Numbered from the stretch's first letter, positions 1 to 13,860 are shown. The stretch is DNA of 64,000 bases from Eledone cirrhosa (GCA_964016885.1 OZ024748.1:24614001-24678000); one strand, 5' to 3'. Notes: generated by a model not told the origin, from the letters alone. A program made the numbers and translations.

Positions 1-479
1 TTGTTAATTCTAACCTTGCTGACTGTTTCTTTATACATGGCTTGTATAGCCCTCACAAGCCATTCGTCAACGCCTAGTTTTCTAAGAGCCCACCAGATAA
101 TGGAGCGGGGGACTCTGTCGAAGGCTTTCTCCAGGTCGACAAAAGCTAAGTAGAGGGGTTTACCTTTAGCTAGGTACTTCTCCTGTAGTTGTCGTACTAT
201 GAAAAGAGCGTCTGTGGTGCTTTTGCCTGACACAAACCCGAACTGCATTTCATCTAGATCAATTCTCTCTCTGATTAGTTGCGCTATTACTTTTTCCGTG
301 ACCTTCATGACCTGGTCGATTAATTTAATGCCTCTATAGTTACTCCTATCTAGGGCGTCTCCTTTACCCTTATAACAGTTAACGATGATGCTGCTATGCC
401 AGTCCTTCGGAACAACCCCATTCTGTACGACTTGGTTAACTATGCGGGTGACCATGGTGTGTCCCACCGTGCCAGATGC

Positions 480-480
<1 letters not shown>
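1..480 (-). mobile_element. RTE-clade LINE reverse transcriptase fragment, 5'-truncated, running off the window start
   Basis: The minus strand reads in one open frame: ...[38 protein letters not shown]...EMQFGFVSGKSTTDALFIVRQLQEKY...LYLAFVDLEKAFDRVPRSIIWWALRKLGVDEWLVRAIQAMYKE. These are non-LTR RT motifs (NYRGIxL, QFGF, FVDLEKAFD). It abuts a (TA)n/(CA)n tract at ~481. Confidence 0.93.
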
Positions 481-1262
<782 letters not shown>

Positions 1263-2081
1263 GAAAAATTGAACGGGAACAAAACAGAGAGGCAGTACAA
1301 CAAATGTTTATTAATTTCACGCTCTTGAGAGTGGGGTGGTGGTGGGGAACTACGTGTCGGGCATAAGCCCTTCTTCAGGTGAAAAGTGTGTGGGAAGAGA
1401 GTTCAAAGGGTGTGTAGGGGGTGGGGTGGTGGGGTGGAGAGACATATAGCAAAAAGGGGGTGAGAGGAAACGGTGCAAATGAAATTAAAAGTAAAGGCAT
1501 ATATATATATATATATGTTTATGTTTGTATATGTGTATATTTGTGGATGTGCATGTGTATACATGTATACATATAAACACGTTTGTGTATATACAGTATG
1601 TAATATATGTGTGTGTGTGTGTGTGTGATCATTCACCACCGTTTTACGGCCATTCTTCCACGCTAGCATGGGTTAGACGGGTTGTCCTGTTGTGGGCAAG
1701 GCTAGATCGGGTGACCTTGTGTTGCTCGTATGGGGGGAGACTGACTTTGCTTGATTTCTATAGCTGGATGCCCTTCCTTGTGTGTGTGTGTGTGTGTAAA
1801 AACTTTTTTTTCCAACTTTCCAACCATCTCTCCAAATTTTACTATTTTCTGAAGGACTTCAGTCCAATACGTTGAAACCCTTATTTACTTCTTCCCAAGT
1901 GTGAATCTAATATGACTAGAGTATTCTTGCATCTCTATGATTGTCTTGTTTATTCTTGAACTGTGTATGTGTATGTGCGTGTGTTTTATATAACCCCCCC
2001 CCCCCCCCTCACACACACACACACACACACAATCACATAAGAGTAGTTAAGGCAAGATTACTTCACCATAATTGTTTTGCT

Positions 2082-2134
2082 GCATGATATATATATTTCT
2101 ATTACATGGTTATGCATGTGACTTCATCAGATGC
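2082..2134 (-). ncRNA. Minimal type-I hammerhead ribozyme motif (HHR-1)
   Basis: Minus strand: GCAT-CTGATGA-AGTCACATG(CATAAC)CATGTAATA-GAAA-TATATATA-TC-ATGC. Stem I is GCAT/ATGC, stem III is a palindrome and the cleavage triplet is AUC. The base of stem II is imperfect. Confidence 0.7.
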
Positions 2135-2319
2135 TTATGCAATCATTAGGGTATGCTGTTGGTCATGTATAACCATCCTTGTCGGAGAGGAACTCCTGGA
2201 AGGAGCGTTTGATGACTCTCGCCATAAACCTCTCAAGAATAAGTGGGCAAACAGGATGTGCAAATATTTAAAAGTATCATCATCTATATCAATATCAATA
2301 TCAATATCAATATCAATGT

Positions 2320-2376
<57 letters not shown>

Positions 2377-2714
2377 TATTATGTATGAATGTATATATAT
2401 ACAACTGTGTATAAGTTTGACAGACAAGCGCTCCTGCTTTTGTCATCAAAATATTTCCATGATCATCATCATCACCACCATCACCACCATCACCACTGCT
2501 ACCACTATCCCTACCACCACCGCTGCTACCACTATCCCCACCACCACCACTGCTAACCCCCCCCCCCCACCGCTACCGCTATCCCCACCACCACAATCAA
2601 CATCATTTCTTTTACTCTGGGAATGATATTGGAAAACTAATATAAAAAAAAATGTACCATCATTCCTGTTATAACCTTAGCAAGTGGAACGAATATAAAC
2701 GTAATTTGTGATAA

Positions 2715-2749
<35 letters not shown>

Positions 2750-3461
2750 TCCATTTGTTAATATATTATATTTATATATATATATATTTATATATATATA
2801 TATTTATATATGTATATATATATATTTATATATGTATATATATATATTTATATATGTATATATATTTATATATGTATATATATATATATTTATATATGTA
2901 TATATATTAATATATGTATATATATATATTAATATATGTATATACATTTATATATGTATATACATTTATATATGTGTAACACACACACACACACACGCAC
3001 ACGCACACGCACACACACACACACACATCTCAATATATTCAGGCTTGCACCCTTAATATGAAGGGAAATTACAGTTTGTGGAGTTATCATATCAGTGTGT
3101 GCGGTGTGCGGGCATACAAATGTTCTCATGAGTGTGTTTGTGTGTGTGTATTATAATGTATTGATAATATTTTTACTGTCAGCTTCATATGGAAGGAGGT
3201 GTTGGTGGAGGGGCAGGGGGCACGTATTATCTTTGACATAGAATATAAAATGAATGTATGAAAAGTGATATTGTTTTTGGTTATATAACTTTGCTTCACC
3301 ATGACCACCACCACCACCACCACCACCACCCCCACCACCACTACCTCCACCATCAATTCTATTACCACCACCACCACTTCCACCACAACTATACTAACTA
3401 ATGAACATGCAGGCTTTCACATAACTGACTTTATACATATGCACTTCTCATATATACACTC

Positions 3462-3865
3462 ATGGTGGCTGCCAACTCGTTTTCGAGTACGGCCACTACT
3501 TTATATCAATGTAGGAGAACCCCTACCAATGCGCTGAACGAGTGTGACTTTTAAGTCCAGCCGGCGACTTGAAAACTCTGGTACAAACACTACACTTGTG
3601 ACAATTATTGACACATAGTGCTGGGCCCATGGTACCATGTGACGACAAGTGCAGAGAGATCTCCAGATATAAAGCAATGCCTGTGCCGTGAAGCTTTTAT
3701 AGTGAGCAAAGGCAATGCACAAAGCCAGTCCCACTCTCTTAACCAAGATGATATTTACCAAAAAGAAGTCAACATCATTGGATACCATCAGGGTTGCAGG
3801 TGTTATATCAGAGTTTTCCTTCTCCTAGAATTCTGCCTTGACAAAGGCTAAGGGGTCATCTCTCA
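3462..3865 (-). mobile_element. ~400-bp interspersed element, copy 1 (inverted relative to 11831-12236)
   Basis: Near-identical reverse complement of 11831-12236 over its full length; TA-rich flanks. Confidence 0.85.
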
Positions 3866-4009
3866 TACATACATACATACATACATATAGACATACTTGT
3901 TTATTCCTATATATAAAGCATATATAGTTGTATATGTTCTTGAGTTGTACATGTGTGTATATATATATAAGTAAATATGTATCTATACATACACATATGT
4001 ACTTGCACA

Positions 4010-4058
<49 letters not shown>

Positions 4059-4062
<4 letters not shown>

Positions 4063-4238
4063 GTTTCTACCTTTGGCACAAGGCCAGTAATTACCTCAGT
4101 GCATTACTGGTACTTTATTTTATCGACCCCGTAAGGATGAAAGGCAGTTAACCTCGGCGGGATTTGAACTCAGAATGGCAAGGGCCGTAACTCTATACGT
4201 CAAAGCATGGCGTCCGACCCTCTACCGATACTGCCAAT
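4059..4238 (-). mobile_element. Short tRNA-derived SINE (family A)
   Basis: Minus strand has A-box-like TGGCAGTATCGGTAGAG, B-box-like GAGTTCAAATCC and the core GCCTTTCATCCTTACGGGGTCGATAAAATAAAGTACCAG shared with many copies in the window. Confidence 0.8.
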
Positions 4239-4400
4239 TATATACACATATGCATAAACAATATATACACATGCACACACACAATATATATATATATGTA
4301 TATTATATATTTTATATATGTATATGTGTTATATATATATAACGAAGGAGGTGTGGTAAGGAACCAGATGTACTCAATACTTAGGGTAGTAGTGTGGGTA

Positions 4401-4511
4401 ATAGGAAAATGTTTGACCCAGACGGCAGAGCTCAAGCCGTTTCGACGGCTATTTCTGGACCTGAAATAGCTGTCGAAACGGCTTGAGCTCTGCCGTCTGG
4501 GTGAAACATTT

Positions 4512-4517
<6 letters not shown>
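4401..4517. repeat. Fold-back palindrome (55-bp arms, 7-nt loop) containing a hammerhead 3' half
   Basis: Arms 4401-4455 and 4463-4517 are reverse complements with three deviations. The right arm has GAAA-CGGC..GCCG-TC-TGGGT. Confidence 0.85.
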
Positions 4518-4566
<49 letters not shown>

Positions 4567-4655
4567 TGTAATAAACAGCATGTTTATTACATAACTATTA
4601 AGCTCTGTTACCTACATAGAGCACTCTTTTTCCTGGACTTTTCCGACGGAATTAC

Positions 4656-4733
<78 letters not shown>

Positions 4734-5714
4734 AGCTGTTTAGAAAGCAGCATGTCTGTGCATGATCCCTCCATGTGTGGCAATATTACCAATATATACT
4801 TTCTCTGGCAACTCTAATACCACTGGCTTTACTGTACTCATCTACATATGATCTCTCTGATCCCCTCTTCCTTGTTGATCCTACCACAGCTCACCCCTAC
4901 CTCCCCCTTCTTTGTTCATCCTACAACACCCCACTCCTACCTCTCTCTTCCTTGTTGATCCAACCACACCTCACTCCTACCCCCTCTCCCTCTGATCCCA
5001 CCACACCACACACTTACCCCTCCAATAACACCCCCCCCCCCCCCACTTCCCCCACCCCCTCTGATCCCACCACACCCCACTTCTTCCCCCTCATTTCTCT
5101 CTAATTCTTTCATTCTTCTCACCCCCTTTCACCCCCCCCATCTCTGATCCCATAACACATTTTCTCTGTGCCCCCTTTTCTATTTCTCTGTTTGTCTCAC
5201 TTTTCACCCCCCCCTCTTTCAGATACCATCACACCTCTTTCTCTCTTTCTCCCTCCTTTCTCCCCATCTATCCTCCCCTTTTCTGATCCTTTCACACTTC
5301 ACACTTCTCACTTCTACCCCTTCCTTTCTCTCACTTTTCCACTCTCCCTCCCTCTATATACATCTGTCTATCTTTTTCACCCCCCTTTCTGTCTTTCTGT
5401 TTGTCTCTTTTCCACCCTCCCTCTATATATATCTGTCTACCTCTCTTTCACCCCCCTCTCAATCTTTTTACCCTGTCATCTTATATTATTGTTACATGTC
5501 AGTTATGAAATCCATTCCAATTAGATTTCTATAGCAACACACACAAAGTTGCACATACACATACATACAGTTGCACACACACACACATACACACACACAG
5601 TTGCACATGTACATCACAGAGTTGCACAATTACACACACCACCACCACTACCTCTACTACTACTATTACTACTACTATTATCCCTACCAACCACCATCTT
5701 AACACATCTACATG

Positions 5715-5870
5715 GCTGCTCCTTACAAGAATAGCTGTGAAATCACCCTCAAATAAGCCAACCTAACATCTTGACAAGAGGAGAGATGGTCATGGTAGGA
5801 ACAGCATTGATCAGGGGTCATTTACTCATTGTTTTGTCCTAGGGTTATACAACAATAACAACAACAACCA
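5715..5870 (+). mobile_element. Interspersed repeat (family C, ..GAAATAGC...CCTAGGGxTAAACAACAAC tail)
   Basis: Similar to 58990-59178 (+), 24070-24310 (+), 48800-48965 (+) and to minus-strand copies at ~17185-17365, ~18778-18990 and ~26150-26580. Confidence 0.6.
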
Positions 5871-5879
5871 ACACTACCT

Positions 5880-8800
5880 TCACTCAGTACTGCATTACTT
5901 CTGTCTCGGTACTGACCTAGGATTAAACAACAACAACAACCACCACCAACACTACTACAACTACTAACACTATTACAACAATAAACACTGTTATCACGTC
6001 TGTCTCAGTACAGGCCTAGGGTTAAACAACAACAACAACCAACATTACTATTACAACAATAAACACTACTATCACTTCTATCTCAGTACAGGTCTAGGGT
6101 TAAACAACAACAAGCAACATTACTATTACAACAATAAACACTGCTATCACGTCTGTCTCAGTACAGGCCTAGGGTTAAACAACAACAACAACCAACATTA
6201 CTATTACAACAATAAACACTACTATCACTTCTATCTCAGTACAGGCCTAGGGTTAAACAACAACAACCAACATTACTATTACAACAATAAACACTGTTAT
6301 CACGTCTGTCTCAGTACAGGCCTAGGGTTAAACAACAACAAGCAACATTACTATTACAACAATAAACACTGCTATCACTTCTATCTCAGTACAGGCCTAG
6401 GGTTAAACAACAACAACAACCAACATTACTATTACAACAATAAACACTACTATCACTTCTATCTCAGTACAGGCCTAGGGTTAAACAACAACAACCAACA
6501 TTACTATTACAACAATAAACACTGCTATCACGTCTGTCTCAGTACAGGCCTAGGGTTAAACAACAACAACCAACATTACTATTACAACAATAAACACTAT
6601 CACTTCTATCTCAGTACAGGCCTAGGGTTAAACAACAACAACCAACATTACTATTACAACAATAAACACTGCTATCACGTCTGTCTCAGTACAGGCCTAG
6701 GGTTAAACAACAACAACCAACATTACTATTACAACAATAAACACTGCTATCACTTCTATCTCAGTACAGGCCTAGGGTTAAACAACAACAACAACCAACA
6801 TTACTATTACAACAATAAACACTACTATCACGTCTGTCTCAGTACAGGCCTAGGGTTAAACAACAACAACCAACATTACTATTACAACAATAAACACTGC
6901 TATCACTTCTATCTCAGTACAGGCCTAGGGTTAAACAACAACAACAACCAACATTACTATTACAACAATAAACACTGCTATCACTTCCATCTCAGTACAG
7001 GCCTAGGGTTAAACAACAACAACCAACATTACTATTACAACAATAAACACTGCTATCACTTCTATCTCAGTACAGGCCTAGGGTTAAACAACAACAACCA
7101 ACATTACTATTACAACAATAAACACTATCACGTCTGTCTCAGTACAGGCCTAGGGTTAAACAACAACAACAACCAACATTACTATTACAACAATAAACAC
7201 TGCTATCACGTCTGTCTCAGTACAGGCCTAGGGTTAAACAACAACAACAACCAACATTACTATTACAACAATAAACACTACTATCACTTCTATCTCAGTA
7301 CAGGCCTAGGGTGAAACAACAACAACCAACATTACTATTACAACAATAAACACTGCTATCACTTCTATCTCAGTACAGGCCTAGGGTTAAACAACAACAA
7401 CCAACATTACTATTACAACAATAAACACTATCACGTCTGTCTCAGTACAGGCCTAGGGTTAAACAACAACAACAACCAACATTACTATTACAACAATAAA
7501 CACTGCTATCACGTCTGTCTCAGTACAGGCCTAGGGTTAAACAACAACAACAACCAACATTACTATTACAACAATAAACACTACTATCACTTCTATCTCA
7601 GTACAGGCCTAGGGTGAAACAACAACAACCAACATTACTATTACAACAATAAACACTGCTATCACGTCTGTCTCAGTACAGGCCTAGGGTTAAACAACAA
7701 CAACCAACATTACTATTACAACAATAAACACTGCTATCACTTCTATCTCAGTACAGGCCTAGGGTTAAACAACAACAACCAACATTACTATTACAACAAT
7801 AAACACTACTATCACTTCTATCTCAGTACAGGCCTAGGGTTAAACAACAACAACCAACATTACTATTACAACAATAAACACTGCTATCACGTCTGTCTCA
7901 GTACAGGCCTAGGGTTAAACAACAACAACCAACATTACTATTACAACAATAAACACTATCACTTCTATCTCAGTACAGGCCTAGGGTTAAACAACAACAA
8001 CCAACATTACTATTACAACAATAAACACTGCTATCACGTCTGTCTCAGTACAGGCCTAGGGTTAAACAACAACAACCAACATTACTATTACAACAATAAA
8101 CACTGCTATCACTTCTATCTCAGTACAGGCCTAGGGTTAAACAACAACAACAACCAACATTACTATTACAACAATAAACACTACTATCACGTCTGTCTCA
8201 GTACAGACCTAGGGTTAAACAACAACAACAACCAACATTACTATTACAACAATAAACACTGCTATCACTTCCATCTCAGTACAGGCCTAGGGTTAAACAA
8301 CAACAACCAACATTACTATTACAACAATAAACACTGCTATCACTTCTATCTCAGTACAGGCCTAGGGTTAAACAACAACAACCAACATTACTATTACAAC
8401 AATAAACACTATCACGTCTGTCTCAGTACAGGCCTAGGGTTAAACAACAACAACAACCAACATTACTATTACAACAATAAACACTGCTATCACGTCTGTC
8501 TCAGTACAGGCCTAGGGTTAAACAACAACAACAACCAACATTACTATTACAACAATAAACACTACTATCACTTCTATCTCAGTACAGGCCTAGGGTGAAA
8601 CAACAACAACCAACATTACTATTACAACAATAAACACTGCTATCACTTCTATCTCAGTACAGGCCTAGGGTTAAACAACAACAACCAACATTACTATTAC
8701 AACAATAAACACTATCACGTCTGTCTCAGTACAGGCCTAGGGTTAAACAACAACAACAACCAACATTACTATTACAACAATAAACACTGCTATCACGTCT

Positions 8801-11000
8801 GTCTCAGTACAGGCCTAGGGTTAAACAACAACAACAACCAACATTACTATTACAACAATAAACACTACTATCACTTCTATCTCAGTACAGGCCTAGGGTG
8901 AAACAACAACAACCAACATTACTATTACAACAATAAACACTGCTATCACGTCTGTCTCAGTACAGGCCTAGGGTTAAACAACAACAACCAACATTACTAT
9001 TACAACAATAAACACTGCTATCACTTCTATCTCAGTACAGGCCTAGGGTTAAACAACAACAACCAACATTACTATTACAACAATAAACACTGCTATCACG
9101 TCTGTCTCAGTACAGGCCTAGGGTTAAACAACAACAACAACCAACATTACTATTACAACAATAAACACTGCTATCACTTCTATCTCAGTACAGGCCTAGG
9201 GTTAAACAACAACAACCAACATTACTATTACAACAATAAACACTAGTATCACGTCTGTCTCAGTACAGACCTAGGGTTAAACAACAACAACAACCAACAT
9301 TACTATTACAACAATAAACACTGCTATCACTTCCATCTCAGTACAGGCCTAGGGTTAAACAACAACAACCAACATTACTATTACAACAATAAACACTGCT
9401 ATCACTTCTATCTCAGTACAGGCCTAGGGTTAAACAACAACAACCAACATTACTATTACAACAATAAACACTGCTATCACGTCTGTCTCAGTACAGGCCT
9501 AGGGTTAAACAACAACAACAACCAACATTACTATTACAACAATAAACACTGCTATCACGTCTGTCTCAGTACAGACCTAGGGTTAAACAACAACAACAAC
9601 CAACATTACTATTACAACAATAAACACTGCTATCACTTCTATCTCAGTACAGACCTAGGGTTAAACAACAACAACAACCAACATTACTATTACAACAATA
9701 AACACTGCTATCACTTCTATCTCAGTACAGGCCTAGGGTTAAACAACAACAACAACCAACATTACTATTACAACAATAAACACTGCTATCACGTCTGTCT
9801 CAGTACAGACCTAGGGTTAAACAACAACAACAACCAACATTACTATTACAACAATAAACACTGCTATCACTTCCATCTCAGTACAGGCCTAGGGTTAAAC
9901 AACAACAACCAACATTACTATTACAACAATAAACACTACTATCACTTCCATCTCAGTACAGGCCTAGGGTTAAACAACAACAACCAACATTACTATTACA
10001 ACAATAAACACTACTATCACTTCTATCTCAGTACAGGCCTAGGGTTAAACAACAACAACCAACATTACTATTACAACAATAAACACTGCTATCACTTCTA
10101 TCTCAGTACAGGCCTAGGGTTAAACAACAACAACCAACGTTACTATTACAACAATAAACACTGCTATCACGTCTGTCTCAGTACAGGCCTAGGGTTAAAC
10201 AACAACAACAACCAACATTACTATTACAACAACAAACACTGCTATCACTTCTATCTCAGTACAGACCTAGGGTTAAACAACAACAACAACCAACATTACT
10301 ATTACAACAATAAACACTGCTATCACGTCTGTCTCAGTACAGGCCTAGGGTTAAACAACAACAACAACCACCATTACTATTGCAACAATAAACACTGCTA
10401 TCACTTCTATCTCAGTACAGACCTAGGGTTAACCAACATTATTACAACAATAAACACTACTATCACTTCTATCTCAGTACAGACCTAGGGTTAAACAACA
10501 ACAACAACCAACATTACTATTACAACAATAAACACTGCTATCACTTCTACTCCAGTACAGGCCTAGGGTTAAACAACAACAACCAACATTACTATTACAA
10601 CAATAAACACTGCTATCACTTCTATCTCAGTACAGGCCTAGGGTTAAACAACAACAACCAACATTACTATTACAACAATAAACACTACTATCACTTCCAT
10701 CTCAGTACAGGCCTAGGGTTAAACAACAACAACCAACATTACTATTACAACAATAAACACTACTATCACTTCTATCTCAGTACAGGCCTAGGGTTAAACA
10801 ACAACAACCAACATTACTATTACAACAATAAACACTGCTATCACGCCTGTCTCAGTACAGGCCTAGGGTTAAACAACAACAACCAACATTACTATTACAA
10901 CAATAAACACTACTATCACTTCTATCTCAGTACAGGCCTAGGGTTAAACAACAACAACAACAACCAACATTACAACAACTATCACTTCTGTTTCAGTACA
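5880..11000. repeat. ~5.1-kb minisatellite array, unit ~57-63 bp (CTCAGTACAGGCCTAGGGTTAAACAACAACAACCAACATTACTATTACAACAATAAACACTGCTATCAC...)
   Basis: Roughly 80 homogeneous tandem units with a few recurring variants. Confidence 0.97.
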
Positions 11001-11311
11001 TCTAAGCCTCCCCCCTCTCCTTTCTCGTATTTCATTTTAATTAATCCTCAGTTCTTGGTTGTTAATTAGTACGTAGGTGGCACCACCAGCTCTTAATTTG
11101 CACATAGGTGGAGCTACTGTCAACATTTGATTCACCTTCATGATCACACCTGCAGCTTCCAGCATCAAAACTTCCCCACACACATATATATATATGCACA
11201 CACAAACACACATATATACTCCACAAACATACATCTACATCTACACATATACACACCCAACACACATACATCTACATCTACACATATACACACCCAACAC
11301 ACATACATCTA

Positions 11312-11364
<53 letters not shown>

Positions 11365-11632
11365 TCTACTACAGACACACACACACACATCTACACACAT
11401 ATCACTCTTGGCATACAGACAGACTCCACAACCCACACACATTCATCTATATATATATATACAACACACAGACTCACATAAGCATCTACCCTCCCCTCCC
11501 CTCTCAACATACATGTACAACATACATACACCTACTTAACATCAATACACATGTGCACATATATTTGAAACAGACACATTTGCTGATACACATGTTGGAT
11601 ATGTATGGACCACACACACACACACACACACA

Positions 11633-11663
<31 letters not shown>

Positions 11664-11784
11664 GCGCGTGTGTGTGTCTTTGTGATAATTTTATAGCTGC
11701 TTTCCATGTTGGCAGGGGTTGGAATATATATATATATATATGTATGTATGTGTGTGTGTATATATGTGTGTATATATATGTGTG

Positions 11785-11830
<46 letters not shown>

Positions 11831-11837
<7 letters not shown>

Positions 11838-12236
11838 TGACCCCTTAGCCTTTGTCAAGGCAGAATTCTAGAAGGAAAACTCTGATATAACACCTGCAAC
11901 CCTAATGGTATCCAATGATGTTGACTTGCTCTTCTTTTTGGTAAATATCACCTTGGTTAAGAGAGTGGGACTGGCTTTGTGCAGTGCATTTGCTCACTAT
12001 AAAAGCTTCACGGCACAGGCATTGCTTTATATCTGGAGATCTCTCTGCACTTGTCATCACATGGTACCATGGGCCCAGCACTATGTGTCAATTGTTGTCA
12101 CACGTGTAGTGTTTGTACCAGAGTTTTCAAGTCGCTGGCTGGACTAAAAGGTCACACTCGTTCAGCGCTTCGGTAGGGGTTCTCCTACATGGATATAAAG
12201 TAGTGGCCGTACTCGAAAGCGAGTTGGCAGCCACCA
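11831..12236 (+). mobile_element. ~400-bp interspersed element, copy 2
   Basis: TGAGAGATG...GCAGCCACCA between (TA)n tracts; reverse complement of 3462-3865. Confidence 0.85.
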
Positions 12237-12321
12237 TATATATATATATATATACACACACACACGCACACACATATATATATATATATACATACACACA
12301 CACATATATATGCATATATAT

Positions 12322-12690
12322 GGAGGCACATGGCTTAGTGGTTAGAGCATTGGCCTTGCAATCGAAAGGTTGTGAGTTCAATTCTCAGACCGGGTGATGT
12401 GTTGTTTCCTTGAGCAAGACACTTTATTTCACATTGCTCCAGTTTACTCAGCTGTAGAAATGAGATGATAGGACTGGGATCCCTATCATTCCACTGCAAA
12501 GTGGTCGTGGAGGTGCCACGGCAAAAAAGCAGTGTAGGCGTCATGGAAAAAAAGCACCCAGCACTCACTGTAAACGAGGTTGGTGTTAGGAAGGGCATCC
12601 AGCTGTAGAAATCAAGCCAGAATCAGTTCCCATCCCACCCTTGCAAGCAGGGAAAAGCGGACGTAAGATGATGATGATGATGATGATGAT
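12322..12690 (+). mobile_element. tRNA-derived SINE (family B) with RTE-type 3' tail and (GAT)n end
   Basis: A box TGGCTTAGTGG, B box GAGTTCAATTC, central TTGAGCAAGACACTTTATTTCACATTGCTCCAG, tail GGTTGGTGTTAGGAAGGGCATCCAGCTGTAGAAA. Near-identical copies at 28133 and 43142. Confidence 0.9.
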
Positions 12691-12740
12691 ATACATTGAT
12701 GTGTGTGTGTATGTGTGCATACAACTATACAGAGAGGATA

Positions 12741-12796
<56 letters not shown>

Positions 12797-12962
12797 ATAT
12801 ATATCATGTGTGCAGTGTATACACAGCATTGGATGACACTCAGTGTAAGGTTGACATTATCATCAGGTAAACATCCTCTTAGTATGACATGACTCTTAGA
12901 AAGGTCACTGGGTCAAAGGTTAGACAGTGACAGAGGTGAACACTGGCAAGAGCAACTGGGAG

Positions 12963-13063
<101 letters not shown>

Positions 13064-13860
13064 GGGCATATATAATTGTGTATGTGGCAAGAATTATCAA
13101 CTGTGTGTGTTTTATTTTTGTACATGTATGTGTGTATATGTATATATATAATCATGTATATGTCAAGTAATATCAACTTAGAGAAACATCTATGTGTGTA
13201 AGCGTAAGTTTACATGCATGGTTATGTAAGCGATATGTGTGATGTGTTTGTGTGTGTTTGTGTGTCTGAATAGTACTGTTTAGGAGTTGAAAATGATGAC
13301 ATTGGTGATGATGATTGTTTCTTACACTGGCACATGGCCACATATTTGTAGTGGAGGCGTCTATGTAATCAATAAAAATAGTCCTCAGTATATATCTGGT
13401 ACACTATGGAATGAGAAAGCTTATACAATCTAAATGATGTTTACATTAACTGGTTGTTGTTTCTGCTATTCTAAACAAAGACTAAATGTATGTATTAACA
13501 GTTTAACTTCTCCGTGCTTTACGAATGGTTTCAGTAGATATAATCATATCTAACTCTTCAGATGTGATAGGATGTGGCTTATTTATGTTGCTTCTTAAGA
13601 GTTTGATGTTTGTTTATGTCTACTGAAACCACTGGCAATGCATGGAGAAGTCACACTCATATTTAACTTCCTCATTATGTGTTCATTGCTACTTTTGGCC
13701 TGCTGAGAAATCACCATCATTACCATTTTACATTTATTTATTTTCCATGCTTGCATGGGTTAGACAGGTTGTCATATTCTGAGGCTAGACAGATTAGCTC
13801 CAATTAAGTATTGACTTAGCTCCAATTAAGTATTGATTCGTCTAACTCTTGGTAGTAGAT

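Noticed and set aside
3501-3788. Duplicated 80-95 aa ORF (MVSNDVD...), also at 11905-12147
   Set aside because: It lies inside the 400-bp repeat, the copies differ in stop position and indels, and there is no recognisable domain.
5880-11000. CRISPR-like or telomeric array
   Set aside because: No unique spacers and no cas genes in a eukaryotic context. The unit has one CTAGGGTTA, not tandem TTAGGG.
11020-11056. Minus-strand CTGAGGA-TTAATTAAAAT-GAAA-TACG
   Set aside because: No convincing stem I, II or III.
12322-12395. tRNA gene
   Set aside because: The A/B boxes belong to a SINE head that continues into a SINE body and RTE tail; no complete cloverleaf.
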